The notes beneath the pieces were generated by a model. The model saw nothing but the letters and a program-made list of their open reading frames with translations, did not search any database and was not told the origin of the DNA. Shown piece by piece: positions 1-7,826 of a stretch of 29,813 bases of DNA (positions within the stretch are counted from its first letter, which is position 1; every line of letters begins with the position of its first letter). The position numbers were made by a program, and so were the translations under genes. Source of the stretch: an uncultured bacterium (GTDB taxonomy: Bacteria > Fibrobacterota > Fibrobacteria > UBA11236). The DNA lies in assembly GCA_966238865.1 (NCBI GenBank), contig CBILQL010000001.1, positions 1 through 29,813 on the forward strand. Reading direction: 5' to 3'.

Positions 1-290
1 GCGACCGGCAGCGGGCCGACGGTCTGTACTTCTTCGTAGAGGTTGCGGCCGGTCCAGGGCGATCCCTCCCCGATGACGAAATTGCCCTTCCGGCTGTCTA
101 TGGTCATGGTATCCGGCGTGTAGGTCTGGATCTTGATGGCGTCAGCGCCCGATTCCTTGGCGGCCCGCAGGATGGCCAAGGCCTGCGCGAAATCCTGGTT
201 GTGGTTGGCGGACATCTCCGCGATGAGGTAGGCCGGCTGTCCGGGCCCCACCTTGCGCTTCCCGATGGTTATGCTTTCGACGGCGGGCAT
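1..290 (-). CDS. pseI: Pseudaminic acid synthase (NeuB family), 5' part; runs off the left edge
   Basis: Manual translation from ATG at 290: MPAVESITIGKRKVGPGQPAYLIAEMSANHNQDFAQALAILRAAKESGADAIKIQTYTPDTMTID. The IAEMSANHN and ADAIKIQTYTPDT motifs are typical of PseI. An AAAGGA RBS lies upstream. Not in the ORF track because no stop falls in the window. Confidence 0.92.
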   Translation of the reverse strand, partial: MPAVESITIGKRKVGPGQPAYLIAEMSANHNQDFAQALAILRAAKESGADAIKIQTYTPDTMTIDSRKGNFVIGEGSPWTGRNLYEEVQTVGPLPV

Positions 291-304
291 GGGATGGCTT
301 CCTT

Positions 305-988
305 TCAACGCAGGCTCCGGATCAGCTCGAAGGGTTCGGCGGCGTGGAAGCCCGCGACGGAGCCCCAGCGCACCGCGGCGGCCTCGACGGCCTTCAGGGA
401 TCGGGGATGGGGGAATCCGCAGACCTCGGTCGGGTAGCGGGAGAGCGCCTCGAGCTTGGCCGCCAGGCTGCCGCCGATGTCCACGAACACCTCCGGGCGG
501 AAGGGAGCGCCGACGCGGCCGAAGCCCCACTCCGTCGCGGAGTGGATCTCGAAGGCCAGCACCTCCTTGACGCAATGGCCGGGCTTGGGCCGCGTGGCCG
601 TCAGCACGGCACGGGCGACCACCTGGTGATCGACGTTCAGGTCGCCGCCGTGATGGGTGTAGACGATCTCCGGGGACAGGTCGGCGACCAGCTTCTCCAC
701 CGCCTTGACTACGTCGAGGAGCGGCAGCGAATCGAAGCGGTTGTCGGGCAGGCCGCCGAAGAAAACCTCCTTGACCCCGAGCGCGTCCGCGGCCCTGCGC
801 GCATCGGCCTCCAGGCCCCTCACCTTGCCCATGTCGGCGGACTCCCGGCTTCCGGCGCGGGAGGTGGCCCCTTCGCCCAGGATGGCCACGTAGACCTCGT
901 CCCCGCCGGCCGCGTGCCGGGCCATGGCTCCGCCGCATCCCAGAACCTCGTCGTCGGGATGGGCGGCCACGGTCAGGATCCGTTTCAT
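305..988 (-). CDS. PIG-L/LmbE family N-acetyl-sugar de-N-acetylase
   Basis: C-terminal 227 aa of track ORF 305..1477. MKRILTVAAHPDDEVLGCGG, HHGGDLNVDH and FPHPRS motifs. ATG at 988 overlaps the upstream stop (ATGA) and follows a GGAGGAGGAG RBS. Confidence 0.9.
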   Translation of the reverse strand: MKRILTVAAHPDDEVLGCGGAMARHAAGGDEVYVAILGEGATSRAGSRESADMGKVRGLEADARRAADALGVKEVFFGGLPDNRFDSLPLLDVVKAVEKLVADLSPEIVYTHHGGDLNVDHQVVARAVLTATRPKPGHCVKEVLAFEIHSATEWGFGRVGAPFRPEVFVDIGGSLAAKLEALSRYPTEVCGFPHPRSLKAVEAAAVRWGSVAGFHAAEPFELIRSLR

Positions 989-1686
989 GTCTCCTCCTCC
1001 TCCGGAGGGATGGGGGTGATGGTCACGTCGGCGGCGATGCGCCCGTCGTAGAGGGCGGCCCGCTTGAACCGGTAGCGGAAACCCCCGTGATCCAGGTAGG
1101 CGGCGGGATAGCCTTCCGCGTCCAGCATGCGGATGAAATCGTGGAGCGCGGCCGGGCTCCCCAGGGGCGGGATCTCGCTCTCCGAAGGCTTGCGGCGGGC
1201 AAAGAGGACCGGCTCCCCGGACTGCGCCTCCGGAACGGGCTCGCGGGCCGCGAGGTCGCGGATCATGTCGGCGGCCAGGCAGGCGGCCCGGATGTAGATC
1301 TCCTCCGCTCCCCCCTCCAGGGACAGGGGCCGCTTGGCGTAGACGGCCCCGGCGTCCATGGCCTCCGCCATGCGCAGGGCGGTGAGCCGCGTCTCCCTGT
1401 GCCCTCGGACGATGAGGTTCTGCAAGGGGCTGCCGCCGCGCCCGTACGGCACGTCGGTCATGTGGAAGCAGACGCATTCATGTGCGCCGGTGACGGACGC
1501 CGGAACCTTCCAGGACCAGTGCAGGAAGAAGAGGTAACGGGGCCGGTACGTACCCAGGTCGAAACCGGCCAGGGCCCCGGGGGAGTCCAGGTACTGCCAC
1601 CGGCCGGGCAGCCCCGCCAACCTCTCCTCGAACACGCGGCGGTTCCAGGGCTTGCAACCCAGGACCAGGTAGTTCTTCCCCTCCAT
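985..1686 (-). CDS. Formyltransferase (Fmt-fold, sugar N-formyltransferase type B)
   Basis: FLHWSW, CFHMTDVPYGRGGSPLQNLI and MDAG motifs plus an Fmt C-terminal-like FIRMLDAEGYP region. Start overlaps the upstream stop (TGATG). Confidence 0.85.
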   Translation of the reverse strand: MEGKNYLVLGCKPWNRRVFEERLAGLPGRWQYLDSPGALAGFDLGTYRPRYLFFLHWSWKVPASVTGAHECVCFHMTDVPYGRGGSPLQNLIVRGHRETRLTALRMAEAMDAGAVYAKRPLSLEGGAEEIYIRAACLAADMIRDLAAREPVPEAQSGEPVLFARRKPSESEIPPLGSPAALHDFIRMLDAEGYPAAYLDHGGFRYRFKRAALYDGRIAADVTITPIPPEEEET

Positions 1687-2447
1687 CAGCCGTCCTCGCC
1701 GTATTCCAGGCCGAGGCGCAGGTAGACCTTGCGGCCGCCGACGCGGATATAGGCCCCTTTGTACGGGGGGAAGGTCCGGGCGCGGATCACGTCCAGCAAC
1801 TCCTTGCCGCTATACATGCGATCCGGATGGATTTCGTCCACCCCGTCCACGTCCCGGGTGCGATGGTAGGTGCCCTTTTCCCCGGTTTGGGGCTTCCTCG
1901 GGGCCGTCCCCGCCTTCAGGGAGGGCCAGGTATCCTGGATCAGGGACAGGGAGGCGCGCTCCAGCTTCCGGTACAGGGTCTCTCCCGTGTCCACGGGCTC
2001 CGCCTCCACGCGCCGCTGGGCGATGAGGTCCCCGGTATCGATGCCGGGGTCGATGTAGTGCAGGGTGGTCCCCGAAGGGGTCCCTTCGATGATGCTCCAG
2101 ACGTTCGGGTATTGGCCGCGGTTGTAGGGCAGCAGCGCGGGATGCAGGTTCACCACGCCGCGGGGGAACAGGGAGATGAACTCCGGCTTCACCACGTAGT
2201 CGAAGAGCACCGAGAAGGCCAGATCGCATCGCAAGGAACGGATCGCCTCCAGCACCCCGGGATCCCCCAGGCGCGAACCGTCGAACACCTGTCGATCGGC
2301 GCCCCGGAACTCCGAGCGCATCTCCGCGCCGAATTTCCGCTTCGGCTCCGGATGCCAGACCAGGCCGGCCACGTCCTCGCCGGACTCCTCGAGCCATTAG
2401 AGCGCTTGCCATCCCAACCAATTATTGCCCAGCAAGAGGAGGCGCAT
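1686..2447 (-). pseudogene. Formyltransferase (sugar N-formyltransferase type A) interrupted by an in-frame TAA at codon 17 (2397-2399)
   Basis: ATG at 2447 overlaps the pseG stop (TGATG) and reads MRLLLLGNNWLGWQAL*WLEESGEDVAGLVWHPE in one frame. It continues into VNLHPALLPYNRG and HYIDPGIDTGD, the canonical formyltransferase N/H/D motifs. The stop may be a true nonsense allele or a base-call error. Confidence 0.8.
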
Positions 2448-3547
2448 CAACCGCTTTCCTCGCCGTCCAGGGCGGCGGCCACCCGGGCCGCGCCCCGTCC
2501 GTCGATCAGATCCCGGCCTTTGCCGGCCATCGCAGCCCTGGCCGGAGCCGAGTCCAGGAGGTCCCGGATTTCCGCGGCTATGCGCTGCGGGAGGAGGTCG
2601 GCATGCCAACCGAGGTTCACGCCCATCCCGTCCAGATCCAGCCTGGCGGCGATTTCCCGCTGGTTCTCCGCCACCACCACCAGCAGGGAGGGCAGTCCCG
2701 CGTGCATCAGCTCCCAGACCGTGCTTCCCGCGGCGGATACGGCGATGTCGGCCCAGCCCATCAGGCCGGGCATGTCCCGGACCTCCCTCTGCAAGGCGAA
2801 GTCCAGGTCGGGACGATCGGCCACGGCGGCCTCCAGGGAGGCCAGGTTGGGATTCACCATGCCCACCACGACCTTGACGGCCATTCCGGGGAAGGCGATG
2901 CCCTGCAGGGCGCGGATCACCCGCAAGGTGGCATTGTCCGGATCGCCGCCGCCCATGGTGACCAGGATATTCCTGGGATCCTCCGACGGGTCCCGTGGCG
3001 CGGATCCGGCTCCGGACCCGGCGGGCGGGGCGAGGAACTCCTTCCGGAGCATGGCGAAGCGGCTGCCCAGCAGGAGCGCGGCTCCCGGACGCCGCTCCCG
3101 ATACCAGCCTTCCCGGGCATGGATGTTCTGGTTCAGGATCAAGTCCGCCTCATAGGGCGCGCACTCCCCGTTGTCGTCGATGACGAGGAGGCGGACGCCC
3201 CCCTCCTTCAGGATGCGCTGGTAGGGCCCGGTGAAGGGGTATCCGTCGGTCACCACCGCCGCGGCCCCGAGCCGACGGGCCAGCGCAAGCGACTCCTCCG
3301 CATCCTCCCGGGAAGCCGGGGCGGACCGGATCCGGCTCGCCTCCACGCCTTCGGATCGCAGTCGCGCCTCCAGGGAGCCGGAAGCCCCGCCCAGTAGGAA
3401 ATGGGCTTTCCCGCCCCTGTCCATCCAGGCCTGCGCCAGCGCCAGGCAGCGCATGACATGCCCCGCCCCGATCCCGGCCCACGCGTCGGCGCGGATCAGG
3501 ATGGGCTTCGCCTCCCGGCCGGCCCCGCCCACGATGGACGCGTTCAT
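2447..3547 (-). CDS. pseG: UDP-2,4-diacylamido-2,4,6-trideoxy-beta-L-altropyranose hydrolase
   Basis: C-terminal 366 aa of track ORF 2447..5419. IRADAWAGIGAGHVMRCLALA, ILVTMGGGD and DIAVSAAGSTVWE match the GT-B-like PseG/SpsG family. ATGA overlap at 3544-3547. Confidence 0.88.
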   Translation of the reverse strand: MNASIVGGAGREAKPILIRADAWAGIGAGHVMRCLALAQAWMDRGGKAHFLLGGASGSLEARLRSEGVEASRIRSAPASREDAEESLALARRLGAAAVVTDGYPFTGPYQRILKEGGVRLLVIDDNGECAPYEADLILNQNIHAREGWYRERRPGAALLLGSRFAMLRKEFLAPPAGSGAGSAPRDPSEDPRNILVTMGGGDPDNATLRVIRALQGIAFPGMAVKVVVGMVNPNLASLEAAVADRPDLDFALQREVRDMPGLMGWADIAVSAAGSTVWELMHAGLPSLLVVVAENQREIAARLDLDGMGVNLGWHADLLPQRIAAEIRDLLDSAPARAAMAGKGRDLIDGRGAARVAAALDGEESG

Positions 3548-5607
3548 GGCTTCCTGAACACCGGCTGCACCGCCTCGCCTTCGAGGAACTTCCCGATGTC
3601 GCCGTCGCGCATGGCGGCGGCCACCACCTCCATCGCCGCGCGGTAGACGCGCAAGGTGTAGTCGATATCCTCGGGTCCGTGGCTGAAGCAGATATTGTGG
3701 AACCCGAGCTGGAGCACGCCCCGCTTGAGGCATTCCTGCTGGAATAGGCTCTTCACGATCAGGGAGTCCGCGCCCGAGGGATCCTTGAAGGAGGCCACGG
3801 TGCGGGCGGGCAGGCCCTGGAGGAAAAGCCGGTCGGACAGGCCGTAATGCGCGGACAGGATCTTGAACCCGTCGGCGAGGCGGCCGCCCTGCTCCCGCAG
3901 ATGCCCGATGACGTTCTTCTCCCGCATCTCCTCGAGGGTGGCCTTGGCCGCGCACAGGGAGAGGGCCTCGCCGCCGAAGGTGAAGGAGAAGAAGATCCTG
4001 TCCATCAGGGCCATGAGGTCCCGGGGTCCGGCGATGGCGGCCAGCGGGAAGCCGTTGGCCAGGGCCTTGCCGAAGCAGGCCAGGTCCGGGGTCACGCCGA
4101 AATATTCCTGCGCGCCGCCCGGCGCGAGCCGGAAGCCGGTGATGACCTCGTCGAAGACCAGGAGCGCCCCGTTCCTGCGGGCGATGTCCTTCACCTTCCC
4201 GAGGAAACCCTCCGCGGGCGGGATGGCCCCGATGGGCTCCAGGATCACGGCGGCGATCCGCCCCGGATGCTCGGCGAAGAGCTTCTCCAGGCTGGCCGGA
4301 TCGTTGTAGTTGAAATGGTGGATGAGAGCTTGGGTGGATGCCGGGACGCCCAGGTTGCGGGTGGTGGAGCCGATGTACCAATCCTGCCAGCCATGGTAGC
4401 CGCAGCAGGCCACGTGCTCGCGGCCGGTATGCGCCCGCGCGATGCGGATGGCGCCGGCCGTCACGTCCGACCCGTTCTTCCCGAAGCGCACCATCTCGGC
4501 GCAGGGGACCATGTCCACGATGAGCTCGGCGACCTCCACCTCCAGGGGATGCGGGAGCGAATAGCTGACGCCCTTCTTGAGCTGCCTTTCGACGGCCTGG
4601 TTCACCCTGGGATATCCGTATCCCAGGATGACGGGGCCGAGGCCCAGGATATAATCCACGTATTCGTTGCCGTCCACGTCCTTGACGCGGCAGCCAGTCC
4701 CCTCCTCCAGGAAGATGGGCGCCACGCCCTGGACGAACTGGTTGTATCCCTTGCTGAAGGTCTGGGTGCAGGACGGGATCAGTGCCTCGGCCTTCCGCTT
4801 CCACGCCAGGCTCTTCGCCAGGGATCTTTCGAGCGGCTTCATGGCCGGCTCCGCGGCCAGAGACTTGTAATACCCTTCGTTGCGTACCGTGCCCATGTTC
4901 AACTCCTCGAGCGCCGGCTCCTTCGCCAGCAATGCCAGGACGTCCTCCATCCCGAAACCGTCGCCGCGGCCCAGCCGTCCGTATACCGCCCGCACGAACT
5001 CCAGATCGCCCGGGTCGTCCACGGTCCAGCGCAGGTCGCGGGCGGACAGGTCCTCGGGGCTCTCCACGTTGCGGATCCGGAACCGGCCCGCGTCCTTGAG
5101 GAAGGGGGTCACGTGCTCGCGCTCGGCCGGCTGCCGTGCCTCCTTCCAGGCCCTTTCCAGGGCCTCGAACGAGAAGACCTCGGTGTCCAGGCCGTCCGGG
5201 TAGGTGTAGCGGAGGGTATTGGAGACGTAGTCGAGGCCGCCGTCCAGGTAAACCCTCACCACCTTGTCCACCACGGACGGGTCGAGCAGCGGGCAATCGG
5301 CGGTGATGCGCACCACGACGTCCGCCCCTTGGGCCTTGGCCGCCTGATAGTACCGGTCCAGCACGTCCGTCTCGCTGCCGCGGTGGAATCCGTACCCCTC
5401 GGCGGCGCACCAGTCGCAAATGGGATCATCGGCTTCGGAACCCGTGGTGGCGACCACCACGACATCCAGCGACGGCGCCCGGCTGGCCCGGTCCAGCACA
5501 CGGCCCAGCATTGCGCGGCCGCCGACATCCATCAGCACCTTGCCGGGCAGGCGCGTGGAGCCCATGCGGGCCTGCACGACCGCGACGACTCTCGGTTTCC
5601 CGGGCAT
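3544..5607 (-). CDS. Fusion: SpsF/PseF-like cytidylyltransferase + class-III (GSA-aminomutase-like) PLP aminotransferase
   Basis: Start MPGKPRVVAVVQARMGSTRLPGKVL (ATG 5607, GGAGG RBS). The N-domain has RITADCP and RWTVDD. The C-domain has DVDGNEYVDYILGLG, FGKNGSD, FDEVITGFR and FGKALANG (PLP lysine). Confidence 0.9.
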   Translation of the reverse strand: MPGKPRVVAVVQARMGSTRLPGKVLMDVGGRAMLGRVLDRASRAPSLDVVVVATTGSEADDPICDWCAAEGYGFHRGSETDVLDRYYQAAKAQGADVVVRITADCPLLDPSVVDKVVRVYLDGGLDYVSNTLRYTYPDGLDTEVFSFEALERAWKEARQPAEREHVTPFLKDAGRFRIRNVESPEDLSARDLRWTVDDPGDLEFVRAVYGRLGRGDGFGMEDVLALLAKEPALEELNMGTVRNEGYYKSLAAEPAMKPLERSLAKSLAWKRKAEALIPSCTQTFSKGYNQFVQGVAPIFLEEGTGCRVKDVDGNEYVDYILGLGPVILGYGYPRVNQAVERQLKKGVSYSLPHPLEVEVAELIVDMVPCAEMVRFGKNGSDVTAGAIRIARAHTGREHVACCGYHGWQDWYIGSTTRNLGVPASTQALIHHFNYNDPASLEKLFAEHPGRIAAVILEPIGAIPPAEGFLGKVKDIARRNGALLVFDEVITGFRLAPGGAQEYFGVTPDLACFGKALANGFPLAAIAGPRDLMALMDRIFFSFTFGGEALSLCAAKATLEEMREKNVIGHLREQGGRLADGFKILSAHYGLSDRLFLQGLPARTVASFKDPSGADSLIVKSLFQQECLKRGVLQLGFHNICFSHGPEDIDYTLRVYRAAMEVVAAAMRDGDIGKFLEGEAVQPVFRKP

Positions 5608-5609
5608 TC

Positions 5610-6611
5610 TCAAACCTCCCCTTCCAGGCGGATGGCCCGCCCCTCGACGGACGATCGTTTCGCCGCCATCGCCACGTCGAGTACGCGCCGCGCCTCGAAA
5701 ACGTCCTGGCAGGACCTCGCGGCGCCCTCCAGGCAGTCCAGGAAATGCCTTAATTCGTCGAGGTACATCACGTTGGGGTTCCATCCTTCCGGGAGGGGGA
5801 AATCCTCCCAGGCCCCGGCGGCCTTGCGCCACAGGCGGACTCCCGAAGCGGCGTCCCACCGCAGCGTGCCTTCCGAGCCGATGATATGGCAGGTGCGGCT
5901 GTAGACCCGCTGGAGATAGTCCATGTGGACTTCGCCCACCGCGCCGCCGCGGAACTTGAGGATCAGGGAAGCCATGTCCTCGGTGTCGATTTCCAGGCAT
6001 CCGGTGCGCGCGGCGTGGCAGGACACCTCCGCCACTTCGCCGGCGAGCCAGCGCACATAATCGATCTCGTGGATGTCGTCCAGGATCACGCCGCCGCCCA
6101 GGCGGGCGTTTGCGCTGTACCCTTTGCGGTAATCCTCCCAGGGGTGCCAGTCCGGCAGGTACTGGCCGAACTCGGCCCGCACCGCCAGCGTGCGGCCGAT
6201 GGCTCCGGACTCCAGCAGCTCCTTCGCCCTGCGCAGGCCCGGATGGAATCGGAGGTTGCATCCGACCAGGGTGACCAGGCTCCTGGAGCGGACCTCGCGC
6301 AGCAGCTCGTCGAGCCCGGCCATTTCGTGCGCCAGGGGCTTCTCGATGAAGAGGGGGCAGCCCCTGCGCGCGGCGTCCAGGGCGGGCGCGACGTGGAAAC
6401 TGGTGGGCGTGGTGACGAAGACCGCCTCAGGCTCCGCGGCCCAGGCAGCGGCCGGATCGGCGAAAGCTTGCACGCCTAGCTTTTCCCGGATTTCGACGCA
6501 GCGGTCCTCCCGGGTATCCAGGGCGAGCACCTCCTGGCCCAGGGCGAGGAGGTTGCCCATGTGCCGCCTGCCGATGGAGCCGCCGCCGATGACGAGGAAC
6601 CGCCGCTTCAT
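5610..6611 (-). CDS. Gfo/Idh/MocA family NAD(P)-dependent oxidoreductase
   Basis: Rossmann GGGSIG, EKP, and GGGVILDDIHEIDY motifs. Confidence 0.9.
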   Translation of the reverse strand: MKRRFLVIGGGSIGRRHMGNLLALGQEVLALDTREDRCVEIREKLGVQAFADPAAAWAAEPEAVFVTTPTSFHVAPALDAARRGCPLFIEKPLAHEMAGLDELLREVRSRSLVTLVGCNLRFHPGLRRAKELLESGAIGRTLAVRAEFGQYLPDWHPWEDYRKGYSANARLGGGVILDDIHEIDYVRWLAGEVAEVSCHAARTGCLEIDTEDMASLILKFRGGAVGEVHMDYLQRVYSRTCHIIGSEGTLRWDAASGVRLWRKAAGAWEDFPLPEGWNPNVMYLDELRHFLDCLEGAARSCQDVFEARRVLDVAMAAKRSSVEGRAIRLEGEV

Positions 6612-6620
6612 TGTCGGGAC

Positions 6621-7826
6621 CTATCCGGCATGATCCGCGAGCACCCGGGTAACCGTCGTGACAACCCTTTCGACATCCTCATCCTGCATGCCGTGGTACA
6701 TGGGCAGACTCAGGATCTCCTCGTAAGCCGCCTCGGCGACGGGACATAGACCCTCCCGGGTGCCGAAAGCCTTGCGGTAGAAAGGCTGCAGGTGGACCGG
6801 AAAATAGTGGACATTGGCACCGATGCCGGCCTTGCGCAGCTCGGCGAAGGCGCCGGCGCGATCGATCGCCAGCCGGTCCAGCGCCAGCCGCACCACGTAG
6901 AGGTGGTAGGCATGGCGCGCCTCGGCGGACCCCGCGAGGGGCCGAAGCAGGGGCGCCGGCGAACCGGGGCTGGAGGCGAAGGCGCCGTCGTAGCGGCCGG
7001 CGATCCGCCGGCGTCGCTCAAGCCAGGCCGGCAGCTTGCTGAGCTGGCTGGCGCCCAGGGCGCATTGGAAATCCGTGATGCGGTAGTTGTAGCCCAGCTC
7101 CTCCATCGCGTAGGCGAAGGTCCCCTTCTCCGTGCGCTGCCGGTGATCGGTGGAGATGCCGTGGTTGCGGAAGCGCTTCATGCGCCGGGCCAGATCGGGA
7201 TCGTCGGTGACGGCCATGCCGCCCTCCCCCGTGGTCACGTGCTTGACCGGATGGAAGCTGAAGAGGGTGATATCGGCCAGCGAGCCCACCTTGCGGCCGC
7301 GGTATTCCGCGCCCAGGGCATGGCAGGCGTCGGCGATCAGCCGCAAGCCCCGGCGATCGGCCAGCGCCCGCAGGGCCTGGTAGTCGCAGGGCTGTCCGGC
7401 GTAATCCACCGCCAGGATGGCTTTGGTCCGGGGCGTGACGGCCGCCTCCACCGCGGCAGGATCGAGGAGGAGGGATCCGTCCAGCACGTCGGCGAACATC
7501 GGACGGCCCCTCTGGAACACCACCGCGTTGGCCGTGGCCACGAAGGTGATGGGGGGGACGATGACCTCGTCCCCCTCCCCGATGCCGATGGCCTCCATGG
7601 CCATGTGCAGGGCGGCGGTCCCGTTGCAGACGGCAACGCCGTGCCTGGCGCCGGAGAATTCCGCCACCGCCTCCTCGAATCGATCGACGCTCGGACCCGT
7701 CGTCAGCCAATCGCCTTCGAGGACCCGCACCACCGCTTCGATGTCGTCGGGCCCGATGCTCTGGCGTCCGTAGGGGATGGCCTTGGGAGGATCCGCCTTC
7801 CCACGCCCGGTGTTCTCATGCATCAT
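6621..7826 (-). CDS. pseC: UDP-4-amino-4,6-dideoxy-N-acetyl-beta-L-altrosamine transaminase (DegT/DnrJ family)
   Basis: IPYGRQSI N-terminus, DACHALGA, FSFHPVKHVTTGEGG (PLP lysine), GYNYRITDFQCALG; pseB/pseG/pseI context. Start could be 7823. Confidence 0.9.
   Translation of the reverse strand: MMHENTGRGKADPPKAIPYGRQSIGPDDIEAVVRVLEGDWLTTGPSVDRFEEAVAEFSGARHGVAVCNGTAALHMAMEAIGIGEGDEVIVPPITFVATANAVVFQRGRPMFADVLDGSLLLDPAAVEAAVTPRTKAILAVDYAGQPCDYQALRALADRRGLRLIADACHALGAEYRGRKVGSLADITLFSFHPVKHVTTGEGGMAVTDDPDLARRMKRFRNHGISTDHRQRTEKGTFAYAMEELGYNYRITDFQCALGASQLSKLPAWLERRRRIAGRYDGAFASSPGSPAPLLRPLAGSAEARHAYHLYVVRLALDRLAIDRAGAFAELRKAGIGANVHYFPVHLQPFYRKAFGTREGLCPVAEAAYEEILSLPMYHGMQDEDVERVVTTVTRVLADHAG

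Noticed and set aside
985-2447. Annotating the formyltransferases as fmt (Met-tRNA formyltransferase) or purN
   Set aside because: They are too short or divergent for Fmt, there is no def or pur context, and they are embedded in a nucleotide-sugar operon.
3544-4850. Annotating the class-III domain as hemL (glutamate-1-semialdehyde aminomutase)
   Set aside because: It is fused to a cytidylyltransferase inside a sugar operon with no tetrapyrrole genes, so the fold similarity does not establish that function.
305-6261. Apparent giant proteins in the track (390, 990 and 905 aa) suggesting extra fusions
   Set aside because: Their N-terminal parts are Arg/Pro/Gly-rich off-frame readings of upstream genes. 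The real starts (988, 3547, 5607) have RBSs and stop/start overlaps.
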